DNA from: Octopus bimaculoides
Lineage: Eukaryota
Assembly: GCF_001194135.2 (NCBI RefSeq)
Contig: NC_068986.1
Location: forward strand, 3,078,197-3,142,196
Length of the DNA: 64,000 nucleotides
Direction: 5' to 3'
Shown: positions 24,138-38,289 of the stretch, one piece after another
Position numbering within the stretch: position 1 is the stretch's first letter
How the letters are laid out: each line of letters opens with the position of its first letter
The notes under the pieces: generated by a model
What the model was told of the DNA's origin: nothing
The model's database searches: none
What the model saw: only the letters and a program-made list of their open reading frames with translations
Program-made: the position numbers and the translations under genes

Positions 24138-26147
24138 CAACATTATATATATATACTCTTTACTCTCTTTTACTTGTTTCAGTCATTTGACTGCGGTCAT
24201 GCTGCAGCACCACCTATAGTCAAGCAAATCGACCCCAGGACTTATATATATATAGGCTCAAGCAAAGCCTATATGAGAAGTTTGCTTATATTATAGTGTA
24301 TGTGTCTGTGTTTATGTTTACCAGTGTAAGCTAGTATCAGATCCCTTCATATCAAGGCTACTTACCAATGCATTAAATAAATATCCTTAAAATAAGTACT
24401 ATGGTGGATATGATTGACAGAAGATCCTTGAGGGTAGTGCCCCAGCATGGATGCATGTGAAAAAATATAAGTGTTTATGAAAGAACACTAAACCGATTTG
24501 GTTCATTTTATGCCTGTTCTTTTCCCTACATTCTGAATACATTGCTTTACAGCCCTTCTTGTTGCTAACCAATACCAGTTTGTCAAGTAATGGAGCTTAC
24601 TTTTAGTCCAGTCTTCAAAAGTACAGAGCCACTGGATGGTTTGTTAACAGGAAATGTCAACAAACATCACCATTTTATGCTCAGTGCTTTCCTGGAAGGA
24701 TACAAAGCATAAACAAGAAGGGTTTCTATGCAGTGAGAAAGCACTGGAAAGCAGACATTAGCAAAGCTAATTCTATGTAATGTCCAGACAGCCATACTTG
24801 TACCTCAAATGGTTTTTATTCTTTTGAACAAATCTAAGAAACCAACAATCTTTCAAACCAACATTGTCATGATATTTTAGTGTCCTTCACAAGTGACCTC
24901 TTAACTTTGTTATTCTATATTCAATATATACAATTACACATTCCTCCGTCGGTTCACTTGGTCTAACTACTTTTACAAGTGATGACTCAATCAATTAGGG
25001 ACATAAAAGTTCTCTGTGATTCACAACCAAACAATTATCCTATTGTGTCAGTTCATTATTTATATTCTTTTTATTGCTATTCTTCTATGGTTGAGTACCT
25101 TAAGATGTTTGCTTCACGACTACATGGCTTTGGTTTCAATACCCTTGTGTGACATGTCAAGTAAACGACTTCTGTAGTTATCTTTTTTTTCTCACCTACA
25201 GCAAAACCTGTCCTTGTCCCTATATCATATTCTAATTTCTCTTCACTAGACAAAACCATCTTTCTGGATACTACTTAGTTGAGGGATCATGCATTACAAT
25301 TGGTGACCTGACGGGTGTAATACCATGTACAAAGCATTCCATACTGTAAAGTGACTGGCATATTAGGAAGGGCATCCAACTGTAGAAACCATGTCAAAGC
25401 AGGAAGTGGAGCTTGGTGCAATCCTGTGACTCACCAGCACAAGTTGAAATGTCCAACCCATACCAGCATGGTAAACAAACATTAAACAATTATCGTGATA
25501 ATGATGATGAAGTACATGGGAACCCATCAGAGGGACTGTCTCTGCTGTTGTTGTTGAGTAGACTTACTGTTGCTTGATTAAACATCACCAACTGGCCCCT
25601 CAGTGCCTTCAGTAGAGTCCACTCCACTAAAAGCACCCAACCAAAAGGACCAGGTGACTGGTCTGAGAATAACTCCCTTCCTTCTGCCACTCCACCCCTG
25701 CCCAGTCTCAAAGGCCCAAAAAACCCATAGGTACTGCACCTCCTCCTCTGACATAAAAGTTCCTTTTTTTTTTTAAATGGCTAAATTGTAACCTTTTACT
25801 AGTAAATTTTCTCTGAGGTATTTTTCCCAATCAATATGGCTGGCTTTTGTTTCAGTACCAGTGGGCAAGTTTCTTCTTCATAGACGGGTCACTGCTTTGT
25901 TAAAGAATTTTGACTCATAAAAAACTAAAACAAGCATGTATGTATGCATGTGCATGCATGCATGCTTGTGTGCATCTGTGTAATTGTTTACAAAAGCTAC
26001 ACTGAGCTATGGCTATAAACAAGGATGCTGTTGCTTGCAGCTCAGTTGTGTGGCTGGGCAGTAACTGGTGACATTCCCTGTCAACAGATTGTCTGTAAGC
26101 TCTATGTTTTTGAATTCTGTAAGCTCTATGGTTTTGAATTCCGCTGG

Positions 26148-26350
26148 AATTAACCCTTTAACATTTAAACTAGCTATATCTAACCCAAACATTGTACTTA
26201 TTTTATGTTCAAAATGGCTGGGTCTGACCTCTCAACCAACCCTACAACATCATTCTAAAGAAATATACAATCACAGCATCAAAGTCTTGAAGCTAAGGAA
26301 TAATACACAACTAATTCAAAACAATATGAATAGATTTACAGTTAACAGAG
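26148..26350 (+). mobile_element. piggyBac-like (TTAA) MITE, degenerate; another copy at ~17200-17427(-)
   Basis: Begins TTAA|ccctttaacatttaaact and aligns with 40495-40671. Confidence 0.55.
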
Positions 26351-26920
26351 TAATCTGACTACCAAAGAGTAAAAAAAAAAATCCCTTATTTGGAAAACAA
26401 TTGTTTGTTGGCAACTGGAAGAGCATCCTGCCTAAACTATGCTTGCATAGAAAAATACATTCTAAATAAAACAAATGAACAAACCTACATTTACACCAGT
26501 TTTTACACATAGTACAAGTGTATCACAACCAATTTATTCCTCAGTAACTTCACAAGTGATCCAATGACTGAGAATCAATAATAATTACATGACATACTAA
26601 AAATAACAGCCAAATCCTTCTTGAATTACATTCTATTATTTTCAAAAATGACACACTGGACAATGTTATTCCTAGATATAGAAAATACCGATGGGAAGGT
26701 CATGACTGACACACCTAGGATCGTATGGTTGCCTCAATCAGAGCTGATTTATACGAGGCAAAAAGTGATGACAACAAATCTCTACACCATCTCAATTTAA
26801 AACTATTTACTCCACGCTTCCAGTTAGATTCCTAACAAATGACATAAACATTATTTAACCCTGTTCATTACCATTTAAGTAAGGAGGGGAAGGGAGAGAG
26901 GAAGAGTGGGGGAATGATGG

Positions 26921-26953
<33 letters not shown>

Positions 26954-28764
26954 GGATAGACTGCAAGAAAATGCATATCTGAGCTAGAAAAAAAAAATGT
27001 AGAAGAATGAACGAAATGAAGGCAGTTAATCAATATAAAGCTTCCAGACGGAATGTAACCATTGGTTCCATCATTAACACAAACGAGACTATCAAAATAA
27101 CAATAATTAACTGTTTCCAAGGAATAGTCAGTTTAGTGACTAGTCTTCAGGCCTGGTCTATAGCTACTTATTTTAGTGTATTTGTTTTATATTGCAATCA
27201 CCGAACAATAATGGCATTGGTTATAGGCTTCTGACAGGCCAATCCCTAGGTCACTGCATCTCCGATGGTAACAGAGTGACAAGCGAGTATCTGTAACCCA
27301 GATAGACACATGTCGCCCTGAAAGAGGATTGAACCTGCAACCTTATAATCATGAGCCTGACATCCTAACCACTACGCCACATACCTTCATGCCTAATCAT
27401 AAAGCCACATACCTACAGGAAAAAAACAGAAATTAAGAAGGAAAAAGAAAAAAAAGAAAGAAGAAATGAATACCCTGAACTATATAAACTGGCCATTAAC
27501 AGACTTTCAAACAGCTGCAACGGAATTGTATCAGAGATCAAGTCAGAGCTATGTGTTAAAACTTTTGACACAACACTTGATAAAATAAGTTTAAAGTGAA
27601 AGTGAATTTCTAAGTTTTGTATGTTATTAAATGGCTACAAGAGTTTTTCCACATTGTAGTTGCATGTATGAATTTTTTAATTTTCTTTTTAATCCTTCAC
27701 ACAATGGAGAGATGAAATGTCGTCAATGAATCAGCTAAACCTCTCTTACAACATAAAGCAAATGAATCTGAAGAGGCAATTAAAACAGTTGTCTAAACGA
27801 TATTAGCTGATATGAACCTAAGCTATTATAAAGACAAATATCAGTTGAGTAATTTTACACTAAGAGACTCAATGCTATGATCACAACTACAAAACTAAAA
27901 ACAAAACACACACACACACAAAAAGGTGGTGAATGGTGGAATTGGTAAAGCATCAAATATAATACTTTATGGTAATTTGGTTAGGTCTCTTTATGTTCTA
28001 ACTTCATGTTCCACCCACAGCAACTCTAACTTTCATGCCCTTCAGAAACTAATTAAAATATATACTTCATTCAACAAGTAATAGGGTTACCATAATTGAC
28101 TGTAAGTTTAACCCTTTAGGTATCGGCCCACCTGACACTGCTCCTGGAATTTTTTTGGCAGGGGGAGGAGGCTATAATCAGTGATATACACATTACTATT
28201 TGATTAGTATTTTAGTTTGCTGACTCTGGAAGGATGAAAAATAGAAGAGAAAACTGACAAAGTGACTATAAAAATGAAAGAAAAAAATGTTACCATGGTG
28301 AAATGTACCAGCTATGTGAATTAAAAAAGGTATCGTGAGAGACACTTATGGAAACATTCATTCAATCTACTATTAATGAATTTCATAAATAGAGAAATAT
28401 AGAACAGTGTGTACTTTTACTATATATAGGGTAGCTGTGTAGTAAGAAGCTTGCTTTCTAACCACATGGTTTCAGGTTCAGTCCCACACCATGGCATCAT
28501 GGGCAAGTGTCTTTTACTATAGCCCTAGGACACCCAAAGCCTTGTGATTTGATTTGGTAGACAGAAACTGAAACAAGCCTGTTGTATAAATACGTGTGCT
28601 TCACTGTCACCTTGCCTTGACTTCATGTGACATAGTTGTACACGGTGTCTTTCACTTCTAATCTTCAGTGGAAACAGGTCTGGTCATGGAGGGGGGGGGG
28701 GGATAAATATTACCTTACTTTTACATGCAAGCATGGAAAAGTTGATAAAATAGTTATATAGGTA

Positions 28765-29104
28765 GGCACAGGAGTGGCCATGCGGTAAGAACCTTGCTTC
28801 CCAACCACATGGTTCTGGGTTCAGTCCTACTGCATAGCACCTTGGGTAAGTGTCTTCTACTACAGACTCAAGCCGACCAAAGCCCTGTGAGTGGATCTGG
28901 TAGACAGAAACCAAAAGAAGCCTGTCGTGTGTATATATATATNNNNNNNNNNACCATCACTTGACAACTGATGTTGGTGTGTTTACATCACCGTAACTTA
29001 GCGGTTCGGCAAAAGTGAGCGATAAAAAAGTACTATGCTTACAAAGACTAAGTCCTGGGGTCAATAAGTTCAACTGAAGGCAGGGCTCCTGCATGGTTGC
29101 AGTC
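28765..29104 (+). mobile_element. SINE family A, gap-interrupted
   Basis: Head ggcacaggagtggccatgcggt and tail ...gcatggttgcagtc. Confidence 0.8.
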
Positions 29105-29235
29105 AAATCCACTCATAGGACAAGACTTTGGTCGGCCCAAGGCTATAATAGAAGACACTTGCTCAAGGTGCCATGCAGTGGAATTGAACCCAGAACTATG
29201 TGGTTGGCAAACAAGCTTCTTAACACACGCCTGTG

Positions 29236-29321
<86 letters not shown>

Positions 29322-29662
29322 CTGAAGAAATGAGCGCATGAACAAAGACCCACCTAATAAGGCAGAAAAACAGAGTTGAACCTTAAAATATGGGTTTTCT
29401 TAGCATACCACCTTCTTAAACAGGGCTTGTTATATAAAGTACTGCTTCTAATTATCCATCAAATCAGAATTTTTCAATTTGTTTGAATATTTGACATTAT
29501 GAGAGAAGAAATACCAATTTCCATTTTATTTACAGATAACATATGATTAGATACAAGAAAAGGGTTTCATTAAGTTTGAAATGAAATTACTTGTTATAAT
29601 TTCATTTAAACCATTTGATCATATACATATATTCATGCATACATATCCACATATATACATAT

Positions 29663-29702
<40 letters not shown>

Positions 29703-30310
29703 ACATATCCATACATATATCTATTTATACATATCCATACATATATATATATATATATATATTTATACATATCCATACATATCCATATATATTTATACAT
29801 ATCCATACATAGATACACTTATACACACAAAGAGAGGTATTCCACACACATACACATGCCATAATGTAGACTTAAAATAAAGCAGGATTATTCTATACAC
29901 ATTTACACACACAAAGAACATTGTTCTAATAGATAAACTTTTGCGGAAAAAAAAAAAAATTAACATCAACTTTGCTTCTACTTAACAAAAACCTTGCATG
30001 GATGTAATTATATGAGAGAAAATTATTTTGAAATTTCTTTATTGATTCCTGGAGGTGAAGCTAAAGCTTGTGGGAACACAACAAATGTGAAATGGATCAA
30101 AGGTAAATTTTAACCAGTAATTTCAAAAACCTTCCATAACAGGAAGACATTTCAAACACATAATGGTAATGGTGGGAGGGGGAGGGGGTGATGCTGAGTT
30201 ATTTTGTAGAAAAAGGGATCTATGATATCATGTCATGGAATTTAGCTTCACTTTTAAGGACAAATGAACTTGAGCTATTTTATCTGTCACGTACATAACA
30301 AGCTGTTGTA

Positions 30311-30348
<38 letters not shown>

Positions 30349-31540
30349 TAGATATAATTCACAAGTATTTTGAGCTATGTGGCAGATGAGCAGTTTCAGT
30401 TACTGTGTAATTGTAAGTAAAGGTGAATGTTTACCATCCAGTCAGTACTTCTCTTTTAACTCAGAACATCATCAATGTCATCATTATCAACACTTAATAT
30501 CTGCTTTCCATGCTGGCATGGGTCGGACAGTTTGACAGGAACTGGCAAGCCAGAAGACAATGTCAAGCTCTACTTTCTGCTTTGGCATGATTTCTACAAC
30601 TGGATGCCTTTTATGTAGCACCAGCACATTTTATTGATATCTTTTATTTTTTTGTCTGTCTTTTCGGTCAAATGGGAAGGTGGTACCCATGACCCTTTAC
30701 GGCGATTAGTGTTTCTATTGAAAGAAAGTATCCTTAAACTGGAGACTCAGACTTGACCCGAATGCTTGCAACAGAGTGGACGCTGTTAAAGCAACCATGA
30801 TACCAGGTAATGGTTTTAAACTACATAATGGGTATGGCAGGATTTGAACTCAGAATGCAATGAATCAGAAAAGATACTACAAAGTATCCTTCTAACAGTC
30901 TTGCAGCTCAGCCAATCCACTGATCTGGATTTTTAATACGTTTTGTCAACTCTAAAAGGATGAAAAGAAAAGCTGGCTTTTGACAAGAACTGGAAACAGA
31001 GCCCAATGAAAGGGAACAAATACCACAAGGCATTCTATCAGTTACTCAAACGCCACCAATTTGCTACCGTTTGCAAGAGGCAAAGAAGTGGGCACTCAAC
31101 TAAATTGAAATGCTTGCAAGAAAGTAAGTCATGCTCACAACTACAGTGAGCTTGTGAAGTGAAGAACAACAAGTATTGAAGTGGCAAAAGTCTCTTTCCG
31201 CAATCTCCATGATGACTACTTTGAATAAGTATCTTAGGGAGAAGAAGAAATATTTGAAACTAATAACAAAATAGTGAAAACACATTCTCCAAACAAGTAG
31301 TACTTTTGAATAGCTAACAAAACGTTCTTGAAAGAAGAAGAGAGAGAAAAAGAAGAAAGAAACAGCTGAGTTAAGGTAGTGGTACATCTTTCACTTAACT
31401 CTTGATATACTGACTTGCCTGAAACTATCCTTGGCTCTGACACAAATTCCCTGTTTTAAAATGATCTAAATTAAAACCTTCCCTCAGAATTTCATGTTAA
31501 TTTATATTCCAACACCAGATTTTTTTGGGGGGGTTTTTTT

Positions 31541-31800
31541 TTGACCTTTCAAAGCCTAGCCAGGCTCATGGGCCCGGTTTCCCAGTCCATCGAAGCGTTA
31601 CTCAAGAAACAGGAAAAAAGAGTGAAAGAATGTTGGGGCGAAAGAGTACAACAAGAGTCGCCACTACCCCCTGCTGGAGCCTCGTGGAGCTTTAGGTGTT
31701 TTCGCTCAATAAACACTCACAATGCCCGGTCTGGGAATCGAAACCGTGATCCTCCAACCACAAGTCCGCTGCCCTAACCACTGGGCCATTGCGCCTCCAC
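31541..31800 (-). mobile_element. tRNA-headed SINE, family D (ggaggcgcaatggcccagtggttagggcagcggac...), internally deleted
   Basis: Clear A and B boxes on the minus strand (tggcccagtggttagg; ggtttcgattccc). The body has a gcgatggactgg-like segment fused to the tail. Confidence 0.8.
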
Positions 31801-33381
31801 GCCAACACCAGGTTAATAATGACAAATTTATTGTAATAAATTTTTCATTATTTTCAAAACAAAGGTAGGATATTTCAACAAATATGCTAAGAAACATGGG
31901 TCAGTTGAAGGTCATGAAATTAAGAGTAGCAGAAAGCATTTGTCAGTAGATGTGAGGAGGATTGGTTCTTAACTTTATCTCGGATTCAACAAATTACAAA
32001 AATACATATTCCTCACTTAGATACAAAGTCAATATTTGTCAGGGAAGATGTATACCCGACTGACTCCACCCCAATATATATACAGCTGGAAACAAAATTA
32101 TTTTTTAGAAATATAAAAGAAATGAAGAATAAAAAAGCCCAAGCATGATTTGAATCCACAATGAAACATAATATAGGAACACCTATAGTTTATCTTCCTA
32201 ATGTTTTGAAAAACTTACTGCAATATACCAAAATAAATGTTTCACCTTTTGAAATTGCAAGATGGAATTTGTAAAATAATTTCTCTGTTAAGACAGAGTT
32301 TGGAACATAACACAACAAAAAGTACCCACAAAAATATGATGGAAGCTTTAAAGTATAGATATGAACACTTTAGTACAAATGGATTTGCAACATGAAGGAC
32401 AGCCTCAGGCAGGTTGATATTAAAGATCTAAATTTATGAATTGGTTTAGATTTCTCAAGGAACATAATGTACGCGGCTGGTAAGAGTTCAAATCACACTG
32501 AACAAAAGTAACAACAATTCTAGAGTAGCTACCCACTTATTAAATAAAACTCTGCAGTATGCGCACGCACATATGCATACATACCGTGTGTGTGAAGGAC
32601 ACCAAGTATGTAAATGAGGAATTACCAAAGAAACGCAAAGAAAATAATATGAGTGCAATAAAATTCCATAGAATTTATAATAAAAATGAACAGACAAGGT
32701 ACAATTGGATGAATTTTTTTTTTAAATGTTGCCGTTGCTAGGTTGATTGGATATATTAAGCGATGCCTGCAACTAAAGATTCAGGTAATATGGTCAAAGG
32801 GAGAGAATGAATACTTGAAACTGAATGCAAAACATTGATGTTATGTAACAACGGACACATTATACAGGTGGGACATGGTAGATATTGGTGCTTGGTGAAT
32901 CTTATACAACAAAACCTCTCAAAGACTAAAACTAATTCAGCCTTTTCTCTTCTCTCCTTGCATCATCAAACTCCACATCTCTATTTCAACCTTATTTCTT
33001 TCGTCAATTATTTACTACCCACAACCCAAAATGACCAAATGGCACCAATACCACTTTCTCTCTCATTCCCACTCACAGATAAATGACAAGGTCCTAAAAC
33101 GTCAATTCTTCATTCTTCATGGCAATTCACCCTCACCATCATCAAACATCCACTTTTCTATGCTTGCATCAGCCAAACGGACTTTGTAGGCGGCAAATTG
33201 TTCTTCGGCCAGATGCCTTTCCTCTTGCCAACTCTCACCTGTTCCCAGGTAAGGTTATGTTTTTCCATAACCAGTCATGTTTCTCACAGAAGACTGGAAA
33301 TGAACAACCTTGCTTGGTTGATGATGATGCACATTTACAGCCATCACATGGTGCCTAAACAGGACAAACACAAACACACGT

Positions 33382-33433
<52 letters not shown>

Positions 33434-33449
<16 letters not shown>

Positions 33450-33780
33450 TAGTTTTAGGGAAAATAACCAAGTTTCAAGAACTCATCGATGAAAATCCAC
33501 TATCACATATAGAAAAATTAATAATTAAAAGCACAATAAATGAGTATAATATAAAGTAAAGTAAATATCATAAGATAAATATAATATTATTATTATTATT
33601 ATTATTATATTATATTATATTATATTATATTATATTTATCTTATGATATTTACTTTACTTTATATTATACTCATTTATTGTGCTTTTAATTATTAATTTT
33701 TCTATATGTGATAGTGGATTTTCATCGATGAGTTCTTGAAACTTGGTTATTTTCCCTAAAACTATATATTTTATATATAT
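33434..33780. repeat. Perfect inverted repeat, 154-bp arms (33434-33587 / 33627-33780), 39-nt AT spacer
   Basis: Arms checked by eye at both ends and across a 60-nt central stretch; no mismatches seen. Confidence 0.9.
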
Positions 33781-34001
33781 TTTATCTATAAAGCTCAATT
33801 TAATTTTTATTTTTATAATTTGATTTTAATTGAGTTTTTACCTGTAATTTTGGATTTTGTCCCTAATATTATTATTATACATATATATATATATATAATT
33901 AGTATAAACAGCTATGTGCAATGTGATACCATAAAGGAAAAATTCAATCATCGTTCAGTCTGCATTCTTCCTACAGCATTGTCACAGTTATGATTGTATA
34001 A

Positions 34002-34034
<33 letters not shown>

Positions 34035-35450
34035 GAACAGGCTTTGCTCAGTTTCCGTCTACCTAATCCACTCACAAGGCTTTGGCTATAAAAAAAGATA
34101 CTAGCCCAAGGTGCCATGCAGTGGAACTGAACCTAAAAGTATATAATTGGGAAGCAAGCTTCTCAACCTCCCAGCCACATCTGCAATCATCACCAATTTT
34201 CCCCCATAAACTCAACTTCTGCCAACTAATTGCTACTGACTTCCAGTGTCATGTAAATGGCATCCATGCTGGAGGTATGTAAAAGCAGAAATCATGCCAA
34301 ATCAGATTGAGATCCAGTGCAGGTCTCCAGCTCATCAGCTCAAGTCAAACCATCTAACCCATGCCAGCATGGAGAGCAGACATTACATGATGATGACAAT
34401 GACAAAACATTGATTTTCTAAAATTCCAGATTTTACCAAAAACTTAAGTTGCTAGGGGAAGGTCTCCACCTCCCGTCTACTCTTAATTGAGCAGACAGAG
34501 ACAGGGAGATAACACTAAAAACAGTTGGTCTTCAACTGACAGAGTGGTTGGCGTTAGGAAGGGCATCCAGCTGTAGAAACTCTGCCAAATCAGATTGGAG
34601 CCTGGTGTAGCCATCTGGTTTCACCAGTCCTCAGTCAAATCGTCCAACCCATGCTAGCATGGAAAGCGGACGTTAAACGACGATGATGATAATGATGATG
34701 ATATGTAGGAATCAGTGGAAATTTTTAATAACTGCTAATGTCTCCTGATATAGTTATACCTTATGTATTTACCTGGATGTTCTGTGGGATATGTGGAACT
34801 GGCACACAAAACAACGGGCAGGATTCAAAGAAAGATATAGTTTTGAGAGATGTACCATACTTCTGCTAATTGTTTCAGAGATGGTTATGTTGTTGTGAGC
34901 AGATAAATGACCCTTTCAGCACCCCATTCATGTGTGTGCGTGTGCGCTCAGGGGTGCTTCTGTGTCTCTTCAAAGTGCAAAAGCAGCCATAGACAATATT
35001 CCCCATACCTCACCAGTTCCACTGCATGTGAAGGTTTGTGGCACGTAAAAGCACCCACTACACTCTCTGAGTGGTTGGCGTTAGGAAGGGCATCCAGCTG
35101 TAGAAACTCTGCCAAATCAGATTGGGGCTTGGTGTAGCCATCTGGTTCACCAGTCCTCAGTCAAATCGTCCAACCCATGCTAGCATGGAAAGCGGACGTT
35201 AAATGACGATGAAAAAAAGTGAGGGTTAGCAAGAATGATATCCAGCTGCAGGAAACTGCCTAAATATATAATGTTCACTTACTCTTGCCAGCATGGAAAA
35301 AAATGGATGTAAAAATGATGATGATGTTGATGACGATGATTATACTATTTAATAAATTGATGAACCAAAGTCAACAAATTTTGTGTACTACTTTCAGCGA
35401 AAGTAACTAACAACCTATTTGCTCTAAATTTTTATATATGTGTGTGTGTG

Positions 35451-35484
<34 letters not shown>

Positions 35485-38289
35485 NNNNNNNNNNNNNNNN
35501 NNNNNNNNNNNNNNNNNNNNNNNNNNNNNNNNNNNNNNNNNNNNNNNNNNNNNNNNNNNNNNNNNNNNNNNNNNNNNNNNNNNNNNNNNNNNNNNNNNNT
35601 ACATATATATACACATATATATATATGTATATATATATATGAGGAGACTAATAGAAAACATATTTATTTCTAAATAAAACATCAACTCATAAAAAAAAAC
35701 AAATGGAAAAAAAAAAGCAGTTTTAATTAAGATGACTCTATGACTGCAATTCAAAACTAAGTGGAAGAACACACCCAATTCCTTGCTCTTTTGCAACTAA
35801 CCAGAATGATCCACCAGATAATATACTGAAGTGGCATGAGCTAGCAAGAGAGCCCCAATGCAGACATACACAATGCTAGAAATACCTACCAAATCTTCCT
35901 AAAACCTGAACCCTACAATTTTTTACCTTTTTTTTTTTTAAGGACAGTTTGAATGACATAGTGCTGAGTACATGCACTAAGTCCCAGGTTAGAAACAAAA
36001 TTTGGAATGCCTTTGATTAGTTTCATCTTAAGGGGTTTACCTAGGGTTTGACAATAACTAAAGAAGCAAGCCACTCCTTCAAAGAGTCGTCCATTCACTG
36101 CAAAATATGTTAACAAAATAATATGTAAAACATCAGTAAATCTCTCTCTCTCTCTCACTTTCTCTGTCTTCAACACCTGCATACATGCATGAAATACCGT
36201 TCTCTAAGACAGTGGGGTGCCAGTCTAGCAGACGAAGTTTCAAAGATTTGTATCCCATATAACCAGCGCTATACTGTGGTAGGTCCCCAGCAAAACATAG
36301 TAAAAGATTAATGACCCAGTCCGTCCTCAGCTGTATAATTAAGTGCACAGAAGAGGTACTGTTCCCACTTGTAAGTAGTGACAACACTGTATAATCAGTG
36401 TGTGTGCTGTTTAGAGAGTAAAGGTAAAACCCAGGTATATCTTACTATGATCACATGTGTGAAATGAGTCTTCAAAGTGTGTCTCTATAGTCGTTTGACT
36501 TACTAGAAATAGTAGCCAAATTTTGCTCAAATCACATTCCATCGTCTTGGATAAAGAAAGGACGAAGAAACATTAGATGTGGTCCCACAAACCTGTAAAA
36601 AGACAGAATGGTCACAACCTTGAAGGCATAGTTGGTCATAGGTCTCCTTCGTCAAAGTTGATTTAACGCTAAACAACAATTGCCTTCAGTAGTATCCCAG
36701 TGGATCAGGCACATTCACACGTTGTCGGAGAAAGATGGGGAGAAAATAATTTATCAAGGCTGATGAAATAAAAAAACGATTCTCCCTCTGTAGTTCTCCC
36801 CCTCACACACACACACACACACATACATACAAAGTATTCCAGAGACAATACAACTTTAGCTTATCCAAATGAGATATTTAATCATTAACAGCATGCAATG
36901 AATTGGCTGGCAGTTGATGGTACGACAACAACAACAACAACAACAACTACTACTACTACTACTACATCCTCATCATGCATCCACTTTCCCATGCTTGCAT
37001 AAGGTCAGACAGAATTTGTTGAGGCAGGATTTTCTATAGCCAGATGCGGTTCCAGTTGCCAACCCTCACCTGTTTCCACGCAAGATAATATCTCCCCCCC
37101 CCCATGAAGAGACAGGTTTTCCATGGAGATTAGTCATGAACAACCTTGCACATATGACAGTGACACTTGCTTAGAACTATCACATGATGTGATGACACAA
37201 GAACACACATTTTACTGTTGTCCCAATCCTCTCACAAAACACTTTAGTCAGCCCAGGGCTATAGTTGAAGACGCATGCTCAAGGTGCTGCACAGAAAGAC
37301 TGATCCCAAAACCACATGAATAGGAAGCAAGCTTCTTAACCGTACAGCCATACCTGTGTCTATCACACACACACATGTACACACAAGTCATTAATCAAGG
37401 CCAAACACCTGATAACTGGGCTGCACGTTATGTTCTTGAGCAAGACACTTTATTTCACGTTGCTCCAGTTCACTCAGCTGTAGAAACGAGTTGTGACGTC
37501 ACAGGGGCCAAGCTGTATCGGCCCCTTTGCCTTTCCCTTGGATAACATCAGTGGTGTGGAGAGGGGAGGCCGGTATGCATGGGCGACTGCTGGTCTTCCA
37601 TAAACAACCTTGCCTGGACTTGTGCCTGGAAGAGTAACTTTCTAGGTGCAATCTCATGGGCTTTCATGCCTGAAAGGGGTCTCATCAGGTATATATATAG
37701 GAGATATATACATTTATACACCCACCCACATACACACAACACTCTTCTTTCAATTTCTGTCTACCAAATCCACTCACAAGGCTTTTGTTTGCACAGGGAT
37801 ATAAAAGACAATTGCCCAAGGTGCCATTCAGTAGGTCTGAACCCAGGGTGGGAAGCAAACTTCTTACAACACAACCATGTCGGCACTTATAAAACATCTA
37901 CATGTATATAATTAAAATTTTTAATTAAACACCTCTTTTTGTATTGAGTGCACTTTTTCTCATGTCTGTAAACACAAGTATTCATTTATACTCAAATGTG
38001 TGTGTGTGTTATTTCTTTACTACCCACAAGGGGCTACACACAGAGGGGACAAAAAAGGACAGATAAACGGATTAAGTCGATTATACCGACCCCAGTGCGT
38101 AACTGGTACTTATTTAATCGACCCCGAAAGGATAAAAGGCAGAGTCGACCTCGGCGGAATTTGAACTCAGAACGTAGCGGTAGACGAAATACCGCTAAGC
38201 ATTTCGCCCGGCGTGCTAACGTTTCTGCCAGCTCACCGCATGTGTGTGCATGTATATATGTATGTATATTCTCTTCCACTTTTAACTGT

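Noticed and set aside
25568-25747. 180-nt minus-strand exon candidate with a GTAAGT donor
   Set aside because: The acceptor region is A-rich, splicing from the 57-nt exon gives an immediate stop, and the peptide is unrecognisable.
30655-30800. H/ACA snoRNA on the minus strand (ATAGAA and terminal ACA seen)
   Set aside because: The spacing between the 3' hairpin and the ACA box (~6 nt) is far from the usual ~14-16 nt, and no pseudouridylation pocket is evident.
31234-31450. Minus-strand acceptor at 31450 and the overlapping ORFs
   Set aside because: Weak polypyrimidine tract, early stop if spliced from the 57-nt exon, and low-complexity peptides.
31730-31800. tRNA genes at SINE heads (also ~165, 10500, 27310, 38170, 45930)
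   Set aside because: A and B boxes are present, but there is no complete cloverleaf and each continues into a multi-copy SINE body.
33722-33760. TCGATGA-gttctt-GAAAC-ttg-GTT as a hammerhead
   Set aside because: Two core mismatches and no stem I can be formed.
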